Below, piece by piece: positions 1 to 13,100 of a stretch of DNA of 44,023 nt (position 1 is the stretch's first letter; every line of letters starts with the position of its first letter). The notes below the pieces were generated by a model. It ran no database searches. It was not told the origin of the DNA and saw nothing but the letters and a program-made list of their open reading frames with translations. Source of the DNA: Rhizaria sp. SCN 62-66. Its lineage: Eukaryota. A program made the translations under genes and the position numbers. The stretch spans positions 1 through 44,023 of the forward strand of contig MEDY01000258.1 of assembly GCA_001724265.1 (NCBI GenBank). Reading direction: 5' to 3'.

Positions 1-180
1 GACGTGTAGTCATAGTAACACGGTATCATATTAATCGTAATCACAACACATGAAGTTCTGGGCGAAATATCTCCATAAGCGTACTTTTTAATACAGCACT
101 CTTGACCATTTATTTACCTCTTTTTTTTTTAAGATTTTTTCGACGAGGTAAATCATTACGGAGCCAACAAACATCGCAGC

Positions 181-311
181 GTATGTTCTCCTGCTAATCA
201 TGAATTTCATTTGCTTTGGATGCTTTAAAGTTCAATTGTGGTGATCTCTAACTTTTCTTTTTTGTTTTTCTCTAAAACTTATATTACGTCCTGTTTTCTC
301 CTTTTTCGCAG
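181..311 (+). other. Probable 5'-UTR intron of the zinc-finger gene
   Basis: GTATGT donor at 181, a T-rich interior, and a pyrimidine tract ending TTTTTCGCAG at 311, 3 nt before the ATG at 315. Confidence 0.5.
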
Positions 312-314
312 AAC

Positions 315-1727
315 ATGTCTGACACTGTGGCCCGCCCTCGTCCGACTGCCTCCACAGGCCCCTCTCTCGGCCCTGCGCCTCCGTCGACGCTTGACACCAA
401 GCCTCCTCTCCTCTCCTCCTCTTCCTCCTCCGCCGGAGTTAAGTCTGACGACGCAGGTAGCGGAGCCCCACGCTCTTGCTGGACTCGCGTCTCCATCTCC
501 GTTCCTGTCGCCACCGCGCCGCGCTTCCCCGTCCGCGTCGCCTCCTGGCGCAACAAAAACAACGCTACATCAGCCACAACCGGTGCGAACGCCCTCGCGC
601 TCTCCAAGTCTGCCGCGGTCGCTGCCCTCTCTCCCACAACGACTGCGAACGGCGGCAACAATAGCAGCAGCAGTTCCGCCGTCGCCGCAGCTCTCAACGC
701 CACGCTCCCGGGCCTCGCAGCCGCGTACTTAGCCGCCCAGCAGTCCGCTGCCGCCGTCTCCGCCGCTGTAGCGGGCTCGACCCCCGGCGGGAGCGCGATT
801 TCTTTTGCCTCACTGCTCGCGTTGGCCGCTGACGCCAGTTTCCTCACCAACGGCGCCCCCATCGCGGTCGAGTCCGGTTCCGCCAACGCCGACGCCGCCG
901 CGGGCAGTGGCGCCGGCGCCGCAGCCTTCCCGGGCGCGGCCGGCGCCGGCGCGGGGGGCGCGGGTGTGGGCGCCGCGGCGGGCGGCGGCGGCGGCGGGCA
1001 GCAGAAGCGCCGCAAGCCCGATTCTGACTCCAGCAACAACACTGACGCGGTCGCGGGCGCTGCTGCCACCGGCGGCGGCGGCGGCGCGGCTGGCGAGGGC
1101 GGCTCTGGCGCCAGTGTGGGGCTGTTTGGCGGCGCTGAGGTGGTCTCGATGCAGCAGGCGCAGGCGCTGTCGACCGCGACCCCCGACGGCCACAGGTGCT
1201 CTCTGTGCACTTCCAGCGCCAAGCCGTTTAAGTACCTCGGGAAGTTACGCCGCCACTTAGACATGGCGCACTTCGCCGCGGGCGGGATGCAGGGCGCGCT
1301 GGCGGCCGTCGCAGCGGCGGCGCGGTTGGGTGTGGTCATCACTCTCCCTGCTGTCGGCGGCGGCGGCGGCGGCGCGGCCTCGGGCGCTAACACCGAGGAA
1401 ACCGGTGACGTCACTGCTGTGAAGAAGAAAAGCAAGTCTTCCGCCTCCAGCGCTGCCGCCGCTGCGGCTGCAGCGGCTGTCGGCAGCGACGCGAGCCCTG
1501 GCGCTGTCGCTGCTCTTATTTCGCCCGCCGCCACCGCCGCTGCTGGCCCCGAGAAGGCTAAGTTTGTGTGCGGCATCGACGGCTGCGACAAGGAGTACAC
1601 CTCTCGCCAGTCGCGGGCCGCGCACCGCCGCACAAAGCATGCCGGTGCGGCCGCCACGGCTGCCGCTGCGGGCGCGGCGGCGGGCGGGGGCGGCGCGGGG
1701 GCCGATGGGGGCGACGGAGATGACTGA
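315..1727 (+). CDS. Ala/Gly-rich C2H2 zinc-finger protein (470 aa)
   Basis: ATG...TGA ORF bounded by AT-rich DNA. It has two C2H2-type fingers (CSLC...KLRRHLDMAH and FVCGIDGCDKEYTSRQSRAAHRRTKH) and an NLS-like KRRKP. Confidence 0.8.
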   Translation: MSDTVARPRPTASTGPSLGPAPPSTLDTKPPLLSSSSSSAGVKSDDAGSGAPRSCWTRVSISVPVATAPRFPVRVASWRNKNNATSATTGANALALSKSAAVAALSPTTTANGGNNSSSSSAVAAALNATLPGLAAAYLAAQQSAAAVSAAVAGSTPGGSAISFASLLALAADASFLTNGAPIAVESGSANADAAAGSGAGAAAFPGAAGAGAGGAGVGAAAGGGGGGQQKRRKPDSDSSNNTDAVAGAAATGGGGGAAGEGGSGASVGLFGGAEVVSMQQAQALSTATPDGHRCSLCTSSAKPFKYLGKLRRHLDMAHFAAGGMQGALAAVAAAARLGVVITLPAVGGGGGGAASGANTEETGDVTAVKKKSKSSASSAAAAAAAAAVGSDASPGAVAALISPAATAAAGPEKAKFVCGIDGCDKEYTSRQSRAAHRRTKHAGAAATAAAAGAAAGGGGAGADGGDGDD

Positions 1728-2315
1728 GTGCTCTGTTTATGGAAGTCAAAGAATGAGTCGTGGCCATTGAATCAAGATATACAAATTTAGTTTATTTTTA
1801 TAGACGTAGTAAAACTTTATAAAGATAAATACGAGTGAAATTTGTATTCTGACTGGTGATCTATTATACATAGCCAGTTTGGTGCAGTAAAAACACCATA
1901 AACAAAACACCATAAACATAATTATCGTAGATCAAATAGCGCTGACCTGATCTCGCAAGAGTAAACGAGCAGAACTGAAAAAGCATAAAGCACTACTGAA
2001 CATTGAAGACACTGAGAAGTACATGTAGTGTTTCGTTATCAAGTTTAAATGAACGATAGGTGGTTGAGTTGAGGGTAATGTTGTTTTCCTGCTTGCTGTT
2101 GCGAGTGGTGTTCACATAATAAAATATTAATGTAGGCGGAACAATAGATCTTTAAACGTCAATCTTGAAATAAGATTAAGAATACAAAAGGGTAGACAAT
2201 GATAAAGATAAATGATATAATATATTACACTAAATAACAGACGTGTGTGTTACTTGTTTTTCTTGTCGCCAAACGACGGCCTGGGGCTAAGCTTATCGAT
2301 GTCAAGCCGCCGCGC

Positions 2316-5300
2316 TCAGACCTGCGTTGCGGCGGCAAGCTGCAGGGCCCAGTGCAGCGTCCACGCCGCAAGCACCTGGTCGGCCGACTCCGGTACCGCT
2401 GGAATGCCCTGGATCGTCAGCTGGCGCAGGCGGCGGTGGGCGTGGCGGTGCGCGCGCGTGAGGGCCTGCAGAGCGCGCTTATCGGCCTTGACCTCAGCCT
2501 CAGTCTCAGCCTCAGCCTCAGCATCGGCGTCCGCGTCAGCGTCGGCATCGGCAGCCGGGTCAGGCGTAGGCTTGCTCTCGGCAGCCTTGGCTTTTGACCG
2601 GGTGATGAGCTTACTCGGAGTCTTTTTCGTCTCCGGTTTGGCGTTACTAGCGCCCTTCTCGCCCTCATCGTCATCGTCGTCATCGTCGTCGTCGTCGTCG
2701 TCACTGTCGCTGGCACCGTCGCTAGTAGAGTGCGTGCGCGCCTTAAGCCCAAACAGCGCATTGACCATCCCGCCCCCGACGACAACATCAACACCTGCAG
2801 CCACAGTCGCGTTGCTGTTGTTCGCCGCAGCATTGCTCTCCGCAGCACTTGCAGCGGCAGCAGCGGCAGCGACAGTGGCCGTGGCAGCGGTGTGGCAGAC
2901 CGGCAGCGGGTCCGGGACCAGCCGCGCCCAATGCGTTAGTGCCAGCATGATCCTGAAGATCACGCCCACGCGCGCGTGCGCGGCCGCCAGCGAGGCCTCC
3001 GCAGTTGCCGCGGCGGTGATGCACGCCGCCGCCACGGCCTCGGCCACGGCGACAGCGCTCGACACCGCAGCGCCGCCGACAGTGGCACTTATACTCGAGG
3101 AACTTACACTCGCCGTCGCGTTGTTAGCACGCGCAGAGTTCAAAGTGGCGCCTGTGCTGCTGTGCTTTTGCTGTTGTTGCAGAACGATGTTTCTCCGCGC
3201 AGCGCGCAGCCGGCGGCTCGCGCGGCGGGCGTCCGCGGCCGCGCGCGTTGCGGCCGTGGTCGTGCGCAACAGAGCCTCGATGCGCAGCCGCACCCACCGC
3301 AGCTGCGCGGGCTCACTCAGAGACTGCGCATCGAGCTTCGACTGCAGACCTGACTGTTGCAACTGTGAGTGAGAGCAGGAGCATGGGTGCGTTGTCGAAC
3401 CCGCGGCAATGTTGTTGTTGCTCTGGACAATCGCGATGTTTTTGCTCACGCACGCGCGCGCAGTGGTCGCTGGCAGACTGTGCTGCGCCGCTGCGAAGGC
3501 CAGCGCTGACCGAGGCAGCGACAGCGACGAGCCCAGGGCACCTGTGGTGGCGTCGGCGGCGGAGCGGAGCGACCGGGAGAGGGCGCAGCCAGAGACGCGG
3601 GCAGGCAGCCACGACGGCGCCAGCAACATGCACGGCTGCTGACTCTGCTGCGCTTGCTCTTGCTGGTGCTGCTGTAACTGGGACTGAGGTTGAGGGATGT
3701 AGGTGGGGTAGGATAAGTATGAGTGCACGGGGACGAGTGACGCGTCATCACGGGTTCCTTTGTTGTAAGTGCTGCTGACACTCGCGATGGCAGACAACGT
3801 GGCAGAAGCGGTGTCGAGCAACGGGTGGTATTGGCTGTAGCTAAGCAGCTCTAAGCTCTGCTGTTGCTGCTGCTTTTGTTCGTGCTCCTGTTCCTGCTGT
3901 GAGACCACGGCGACTAGCTTTTGCGTTTGCCTGTTGGTGGCGCTCACTGCAGCCGCTAGTTCATGTGCAGGTAGCCAGTTCACAGTCTCCCACTCGATCT
4001 CGCCGCTAAGGGGGTACTTAGAGCCGCCCTTAGCCCGACAGCAAGCAGCACAATACTGACTCACCGCCGCGCCACTTGTGCCCGGCGACCTCGGAGTCGG
4101 AGAACTGAGAGCGGCGCTCGAGCTCGTCTTCGAGTTGGCGCCGGCGTGACTGCCGCTATGGGACGATGACGAGGGCGGAGGCGAGGGGAAGAGGATGGCG
4201 AACAGACGCGCGAGCGGGCTCACAGTGCCCCAGGCTTCGGGACTGTCCACCACGAGCTGCGCAACGCTGCACGGCGGCACCCACCAGGGACGCACGGTCA
4301 CGCGTTCCGCGTCTAAGGCGGTACTTACACCAGGGCACGCGTGCAGGGCCGACAGCGCGGCGCTCGCGGCGGTGACCGCGCGGTGCGCGGCGGCCGCGGC
4401 GGCGGCGGCCAGCGCGGCGGCGGCCGGGAACGGGCGCGCCGCGCTGGCGACGGCGGCGCTGAAGCTAAGTACTACGTCCTTGGACGGAGGCTGCTGGCAA
4501 GCGCCGAGGCGGCCTACGTTCATGAGCGCTGGAGCGGGGTACATAGACAAGGATTGGTAAGGGTGCCGGGCACTTAGATTCCCGTTGTAAGTACCGAGCA
4601 TGTAAGTGCCCTGTGCGTCGACGGAGTAAGTGCCCGCCTTGCAGCGCAGCGGCGGCGGGTAAGGGTAGCTGTAAGGGGCTAGCGAGCGGTGGAACGACGC
4701 GTGCAGGGGCACTAAGGGGGTCTCAAGCGTGTCTAAGTAGTCGCAGCAAAGGGAAAGTAAGTAAACAGAGCCCCTTAAACGCGGGCGCACGGACACTGTA
4801 AGCACCGCTGTCGGCACACTTACATCGACGCTACTCGCACTCGCATTGAAAGCTGCACCAAGACTGTTCTTGTTGCTGCTGCTGTTGTTGTTGTTGTTGT
4901 TGTTGCTGTTGCTGTTGACGCTAATGCGACGCTTAGTGTTCGAATTAGCGCTGCCAGCATAGGCACTCGCAGTTCCAGTCGCAACTGCATCACTGGCCTC
5001 ATGGTTGTCGCCACCGGCTTCATCGTCCTCGTCGTCCTCGTCACCATCGTTGTCGTCGTTGTCGTCGTTTTCAGAGTCGTCAACGCTACCATTGCTGGCA
5101 TAGTCACTCATGCTAGTGTTGCTTGCATTGTTGGCAGTCGAGCCAGAGCCGGTGGCAACGACAACGATACGGCGGCCGCGGTGGTTCACGCTCGCGTGTT
5201 TAGCGTTCGCCTCTGTGCTCGAAGCGTTATTACTTACCACGACAGCGTTCTTCGCCTTACCAGGACTGCTGCTGCTGCTGTTGTTGTTCGCGTAAGCATT

Positions 5301-7474
5301 CTTGAGCAGAGCCATTGCGCCTGAAATCCCCTTAGACTTCGACTTCCCACCCTTAGACGGCTGTCCACCCTTAGACTTAGCCCCCTTAGACTGGCCGCCC
5401 CTAGACCCAGCGCCCTTATGGCGCCCGCCCTTAGACGACCCGCCCTTGCTTGCGCCGCCCGCAAGACGCTGCTCCCCGTCTAAGTGGGTACTTAGACTCT
5501 CTAAGGAGTCGCACGCCGCGGCGCACGCAGCAAGCGCTGTAATAAGAGACGCACTCTGCGTGCGCGTTGCTGTGACCACAGCGGGCTCCGTCGCGACTGT
5601 GTACGCAACAGCAATGACGCTGTTAGCTGCCTTGCTCGGCGCAGCGACGGAAGAGTTGCTATCGGCGGAGTCGATCAACGTATTGTTGGTGGTCGTGGCG
5701 GCCGGAGCGTCGCTGTCGCTGTTGAGGCTCGCGCGGGCGGCAAGAGGCGTGATCGCGGCAACAACAGAGTCGCTAACAGTGTTTGCGATGCTGTTATTCG
5801 TGTTGCTACTGTTGGCACTCGTACTTATACTGACGCGAGGGCTTTGCGCAACGCTACCCGCGGCCGCGCGGGCACTCGCACTAGCACTCGCACTAGAGCT
5901 GGAGCTCGCAAAGGCAGCTTGAGTCGCGTGGCCACTGGGGCCGGCGGCGCCAGGCCGGCCGGACCGCGAAAGCTGCGACTGCGGCCGCGGCAGTGACGGC
6001 GGCTGCGGCTGCAACAACGCCGGCGTCTGGGTCGGCGTCGGCGTCTGCTGCTGTGGCAACGAGGGCGACGGCGACTGCGACGGCTGCTGAGGGGAAGGCG
6101 ACGGCGGCTGCAAAGGCGGCGGTGGCGGCGGCAGCGGGCGTGGGCGTAAAGCCTCAGCGTCAGCATCAGCGTCAGCATCGGTAGCGGTAACATTCGTAGG
6201 GCTGCTCTGTTGCTGTTGCTGCTGTTGCGGGAGTGCCAGAGCCAGGTCCTTGAGAGGCGTGCTACTTACAGTGGCAATTGGGGCACTTACACTGACAGTC
6301 TCGAACGTACCCGCGTTGCTACTGCGATTACTGTTGCTGTTGTTGTTGTTGCTGTTCGTGAGCAAAGTTGGCGTTTGCGAGTGTGAGCGCGTTAGCAGCA
6401 GCTTCTGAGACTGCTGTTGCTGCTGCAACTGCTGCTGCTGCGCCCGGGTCTGGGCTTGCTGCCGTGACGACGCCTGCGTCTGCGCCTGGGGCTGCATAAG
6501 CAGAGGTCGAGTCGGCGACGGCGACCGCGACAGCGGCTGCTGCCCCGGCGACTGGGACCGCGACCTCTCCGGCGACGGAGACCGCGACCGCGAGTGCAAA
6601 CGCGGCTGCTGCAGCAACGAGAGCGACGGCGACGGCGACGGCGACGGCAGCGGCGACTGCGAGTCCGAGCCAGCGTCGACGTATTGACCGTGAACAGGAA
6701 CATTTCCAGTGCCAGAGCCAGCGCCAGCGCCGGTGCCGTTGAGCGAGCGGCTCTGGCTGCGGCTGTGGTGGCTGCTGCTGTGGCTGCTGTAGCGGCGACC
6801 GTGGCCGGGACTGTGGCCGTGGCGGCTGTTATGGGTGGCGGTGTTGTAGACGTAGCTATCACTCGCCTCACCATCATCATCATCATCATCGTTGTCGTCG
6901 TTGTCGTCATCATTGCCGTCATTCTTGTTTTCAACGACTTCGTCTAAGTGCCACTTAGACTCGTCTAAGGGCGCTTGGGCGTAGTCTAAGTGCAACCGCG
7001 GCCACCACAGCTTGCGGCAGCCACTGCGACTGCTGCGGGTGTTTGATACACTTGTAAGCAGCTCGGATGTAAGTACCTCACGATGTGTAAGTACCCCGAC
7101 TACAACCATCTCACCACCACTATGATTAAACCCAGAACTAGAGATCAAGCCAGAGCCAGAGCCAGAGCTGTTGTTGCTGTTGTTGTTGTTGTTGTTGTTG
7201 ATAGCAGCGGCGGCAGAGACAGCAGCCCAGTCGCCGGCGTCAGCCCTGCCCCTTAGATAGACTAAGTAGGCCTCGGACGCCAGACCCCAGGCCACGGTCC
7301 TTGGAGCACTTACACCAGAGGCTGGGGTACTTAGACTGCCGCTGATACCAGATGCTGAAGTCACACGGCCGTTGCTGTTGTTATGGACGGCACCCTTGAC
7401 AGTGAAAGCAGTGTTATAACTCCGAGTGCTCGTAGTAGCAGCGCCAGTGGTTGTGCTAGTGTTAGCATTGCTAT

Positions 7475-7508
<34 letters not shown>

Positions 7509-10105
7509 AGGTTTGTTGGGTATTGGTGTCGGTAAGATCCGCGCACCAGCCGCGGACCACACGCGCGCCCCACTTACATTGTAAGGGGCACTTAGAGCCC
7601 CGGCCGTGCTGGTGCGCACGCGCGGCTTCTGGACTCCGCGCGCCGCCGCGGCAGCAACAGCGGCGACGGCGGCAGCGGCACCGCTGGCAACCAAGGCGCC
7701 ATTAACGTTTACATTCACATTCGCACTGCTGCTGTTGTTGTTGTTAGTGTTCACATTGGCACTGCTGTCTGCAACAGAGCCAGCGCCAGCGCCGGAGCCG
7801 GGGCGGCCTGTCATGCTGTTGCGAGCACTGCTGCTGCTCGCGTAATTGTTATACGTCGCGGAACCCGTGGGTCGCGTGTAAGTGTAAGTGCCGGCGTTGT
7901 AAGTGTACGCGCCCGCGTTCGCAGATGTTTGCAACGACGGCAACAGGGAACACTGCGCCTGCGGCTGCTGAGGTTGCTGCTGCTGCGGAAGCTGAGCCTG
8001 ATTCGACTGGGCATTGCTATGGCTGATGGAAAGAGTCGGCGGCTTGAGAATCAGCACAGCACGGTTGCTGCCTGCGGCACTTCCATGCGCATCTAAGTAT
8101 CCCGGCTCTAAGGGTGATCGTGTGAGTGTCTGCGCAAGAGCCAACGAGGCCAAAGACGTCACTGCAACAACGCACGTACTGACATCACGGATACTTACAG
8201 TATTGCGCTTCGTCCGGCGATTAGAGCTACTGGAACTCTTATTGTTAGTCGCAGTCGTGGCGGCGGCTACAGTAGTCGTTGTCGTTGTTGTTGATAGTGT
8301 TGGTGCTGCTGAAGTTGTGGTTGTGACACGAGCGGGGGTGGCAGATAAGTTAAGCCGCTTCGGCTTAATAGGACTTTGAATACCGCTAGCAGTCGCAGTA
8401 TGAGCAGCGTTAGCAGCACTGTTGTTAGAGTCCGCGCTCGCATCAGCCCCGGCACTGCCGACGCGAGGCTGCTGCTGACTGCGACTGTAACTCTGACTGT
8501 GACTCTGACTGTGAGCGCGTCGATGACCGCCGTGGCCGTGAGGGCTAGAAGCGCCGTTCGCACTCGCAGTGGCCGCCGCTGCCGCAACGGTCACCGCTGT
8601 TGTCAGCGCAGCGGTGGCGGCAGCGGTGGCGGCGGCAGTCGCAGCATCGGCGCCCGCGGTACCGCGAGCAGGCGCTGGCAGCAACCGCGGCAACAGCGAC
8701 ACAACAGAGCTCGGCAACACAGGGCTAAAATCAGTCGCAGTCTGCGCTGTACCTGTGCTTGGAGCGCGGCTCGTGAAGGGCGGTTGCCACTGCCACTGCC
8801 ACTCCAACTGCTGCTGCTGATGTGAGGATAGCGAGGCAGAGCCCGGAGCAGGGCTGTGCCGCGGGCTGGCGCTGCCCGCATCAGCGCGCGCGCCGCTTGC
8901 AATAGCGTGAGCGCTAGCAGTGGCGTCGGCCGGCCGGCGCACTAGCAGCACCCTGCCACTGCCGCTGCCGCTGCCAACGGCTGCGGCCGCGGCTGCAGGC
9001 GTCGCTGTTGGCGTCATAATCGCGGCAGGAGCGCCAGCAGTTGCGGTACCGGCGCGAGCAGTTGTCGTAGCAGTGGTTGTTGTGGCACGGACTGGTGACA
9101 CCGGAGATCTGGAGCCAGAACCAACAACAAGAACACTCGGGGCAGCAGCAGCAGTGGCAGCATTAGGAACAGCAATAGTGCTAGAACTTGGATTACTTGC
9201 ATTTGCGTTACGAGTCGACGTGTTTTCGTCGAGGGGGCCTAACTTCGGTTCCAGGCGGCCTACATTAAAGGAGGCCAGCTCAGCCTCTAAGTCATCCTCG
9301 AAACGACTACTAGTCGCAGTAGAAACACTCGTACTCTGCGTTTGCTGCTGCTTCAGCGGCGTCTGCTGTTGTTGTTGCTGTTGTTGCTTGAAGGGGGTGC
9401 GATATTGGCCAGCGGACGAAACGGCAACGCCCCCCTTAGTCACCCGGAACGCACCCTTAGACGGGGTGTACGTACCCTTAGACGGAGGCGTCTGCGGAAC
9501 AGCAGCAGTGTCGTCATCGACAGCCGCGCTGAGACTGCCACTCAAAGCAGCAGCGTTGGCGTTGTTGTTTGCTGCGGCCGCCTGTTGCGACGAGCTCATG
9601 CCGACGGCGTCATCGTCGGCAACGGGAGAGTCAACAACGACCTCTGATTTGCGGCCGTTTTCGGCAGTATTCGAGTTAGCGTTGTCAGCGTTGGCGCTGC
9701 TGTCGGTATCATTAGCGTCGCCGTCGCCGTCTTTGTTGTTGTTACTATAGTAAAACAGCGGCAACGGCGCGGCACTCGACGCGCGCAGCCTGCGCACAAG
9801 CTGCAGCTGTTGCTGCTGATGCGGGGCCTGCAACTGCTGCTGCAGCTGCGGCTGCGGCTGGGAGCGCTCGGAGACAGGAGTGGCGGTGGCGAATACGGTG
9901 ACCGTGAGCAAAGTCGTGTAGCCAGCGCCGCCCAGGGCACCCACATCCGGCTTAAGCGAGGTATTTATACTCGAGCTGCTGTTAATGTAAGGGCCGTAAG
10001 CACTTACAATGCCGCCAGTGATGAACTGCAACGCCCACAGATCGACAGTCGCCGCAGTCGCGCTAAAGTCAGGCCGCCTATCGAAGTCAGGCCGCCCATC
10101 ACTTT

Positions 10106-10143
<38 letters not shown>

Positions 10144-13100
10144 ATGGTCGCGTTGTAGTTGCGACTGCTGCTGCCGCTGCTGCTGCTGCTCGTCTTAGAG
10201 CGCTCGAAGTTAGGCCGCCCCCTGCTGCCCCAGACTGCGGCGGCGCCGGGCCCGCCGGCCGTGGCGGGTGCGGCGGCGGCGGCGGCGGTGATGGCCGCGG
10301 TGGCGGTCATGATCGCAGTGGCCTCGGCGGTGACCGTGAGCAGCTGTTGCTGAAGCTGCGACGGCGTCGCCACCGGCGGCGACGGGAACGCGGACTGAGA
10401 CTGCGATTGGGAGCTACTGCTGCTGCTGCTGGTGTTGTTGTTGCTAGTAGGAGATACAAGGAGTGACTGTGAGCTGGTGATGGTGGGGCGTTGCGGGGAA
10501 GTTAAGCCGCCTGGCGGCGAGTTCAAACTGCCTTCACGGACTAAAGTCAGGCCGCGCTTAGCACCCACAGAGCCCGAAGATAAGCCGCCCTTTGAGTTAC
10601 TGCTCATCGAAGCAGTCGTCTTGCTGCTATTGTTGTTGTTGTTGCTGCCACTCGACGCCAAAGTTAAGCCGCCCGCAAAGGCTGTGAGACGCCGGGCGAG
10701 AGCGTTCGCGGCCGCGGTGAGAGGCGCATTGAGCAGAGTGTAAGTGTGCGACTTGCCCTGCTTAAGTACTCCATTAGACTGAGTCAAGATGACCCTCTTC
10801 CGCGATGACTGCTGAGCGTTTGCACGGCCATTGCCGTTGACACTGCCGTTGCTGGTGAGCGCGTTGTAAGTGCCTTGATAGTCGGTGTAGCCGTAGCGGC
10901 TAAGCAGGGTACTTAGATCAGAGGGGAACGGCCGCGATGGCAGGCGCCATGAAGTTAAACCGCCACTCACGGAAGCACTTAGAAGTCCGGGAGTGTTAAG
11001 CCGCATCGGAGTACTTACACCGACACGCCCGCTATCACCGGTGGCCAGAGCGCTGCCGCTACTCTTCGCAGCAGTAGCAGCAGCAGCACTAGTAGCTGCC
11101 GAGGCGACTGTGAGCGCAAGGGCGGCGGACACTGCCGGGGCCGCGGCCAGCAGCGGCCTCAGCACTGCCGCCGGCGGCAGCGGCGGCAGCGGCAGCGGCA
11201 GAGGCAGCGGTGGCGACTGGCCGTGCATGGTAGCACTCGTCGCATTGCTGTTAAAAGCACTGGCACTCGCGTTGGCAGTCTCGACACGAGCGCTCGAAGC
11301 GCGGGAGTGCGCGGTGTTACTCGCGCTGTCAGCATTACGCGTAGTAGTGTAAGTACCGTTGCCAGTGTAAGTGGTGGGGACGAAGCCCTTCGTTCCGGAG
11401 GCTAGTGAGACAGCAACATCACAGCTGTCGCTGCTGTAGGCACTTACACTCGCCGCGAGCCGAGTTTTTGTAGCGCCGTGGTGACGAGAGAGATTGTTCG
11501 TGGTCTCGATGGGGGCGCTTAGATCGAATGTTAGAGCCACTCCGCCCACGCCCTCGCCGTCATCACTGATGGCAATGACGCCAGCGCTGATGGCAGCCGC
11601 CTCAGCATCCGCAGCAGCCGCCGCAGCAGCCGCAGTCGCCCCCGCAGGCACCGGCACAGGCGTAGGTACAGCAGCAGTCGAGTTACTCGCAGCAGCGCCA
11701 GCACTTGCACCCGCATTTGTACTCGCGTTTGTCGCATTAGAACTCGTGCTGTTGTTGCTATTAGCGTTGCCGTTAGTTGCGGCAGTGCTACCCATGGGTG
11801 CCCCGCCACCGGCACCGGTACCGGCGGTGCCCGGGATGACCGTGAGCAGCTGCGCCGCCAGCGCGTCGACCACGGTCACCAGCAGCTCGGGGCAGTGGCG
11901 CAAGGACCGCGAGCGGGGACCGTGGGTGACGGCGTACTGACGCGCCAGCAGCGACAGCAGGGACGCCGGCAGCGGCAGCGGCAGCGAGGCCGCCGCCGCC
12001 GTCGCTGAGGCTGCTGTGGACTGGGACTGAGGCTGCGGCTGCGAGAGTAGCTGCGATGGCGGTGGCTGTGAGCAGTCGCAGCGCTCGCAGTCGCCTTCAC
12101 TCTTGTGCTCGCAGTCAGCTGCGCTATCGGGGCTGCTGCGGCTGCTGCAGCTGCTGTGGCAAAGGCAGAGACAGAACGGGTCAGCCGCCGCCGCTGAACT
12201 CGTGCTTTGACCGCCGCCAACAGTACCATTGTTGGCAATCTTAACGCTTGCGCCGGTGTTAGAGTTGTTATTGGACTGGGGCGTGACCATGGGCAGCAGC
12301 AGCAGCACAGCCGGTGACGCCGGCGCAACAACAGCACCGACGTTGTTCGAGGCGTTGGTGTCGCTGGTGACGGGGAATGAAGCCGCCCCTTCGAGCACTA
12401 GGTCAGACACGGCACGCTGGATCTGCCTGTTAATCCCGACATTCACGCGCGCATTCATTGGAGTCGCACTCCCAGTTGCATTCGCGCTCGCAGCAGAAGC
12501 AGTGGCCCTGGCGTTGCGACTGGCACTGCGAGTGGCATTATCTCCGTTGAGATTGTCAGTGCTTGCCGATGATGTAAGGGTCTCGGCCGTCCGCCTGCTG
12601 GTGATGCCACTAAGTACCTCTTTCTCCTTGCCCTCAGCAAATGTAAGTGCGTTGCTGCCCCCACTGTTGTGATTATTGTTGTAAGTGCTCGAGAATATAA
12701 GTGGCAGCGTACCGCGGCGGGTGTTGTTAATGTAAGCCGCACTCAGACTCGGGCCCGGGGTACTGAGACCGTGGAGCTCGGAGCTACTTAGATGGAGACT
12801 GCGAGAGTTGCCAACGGGGCTATTAGCGGCGGATGAGGAAAAAGTGTGGCTATGGCCGTTCTTTTCAAGAAATGAGCCGCCATTGTTGTTGTTGTTGTTG
12901 GTACTGCTAGCGTTGCTGCTATAGTCGGAGAGAGAGGAGAAAACGGCTGAAAATCGGCGCGGGGAGGGATTGACTTTCCGCACGGGGGTGCTTAGGTCAT
13001 CGATGGGGCCCATAAGAGGGGAGAAAGTGCCAAAAGCACCCTCCTTGCCATCCTCATCGTCGTCCTCTGCATTGTCATTGGCATTGGCATCCGCAATTGC

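Noticed and set aside
284-1657. 457-aa antisense ORF over the zinc-finger gene, and similar shadow ORFs (2245..3372, 18138..19058, 21131..22501, 32969..34792)
   Set aside because: These are mirror frames of GC-rich Ala/Gly codons with no domain signal. The opposite strand carries recognisable conserved motifs.
5331-5450. CCCTTAGA repeats as a CRISPR-like array or interstitial telomere
   Set aside because: The units are only ~8 bp, spaced in multiples of 3 within an open frame (SKGG peptide repeats), and are not tandem. They are treated as part of the dispersed motif instead.
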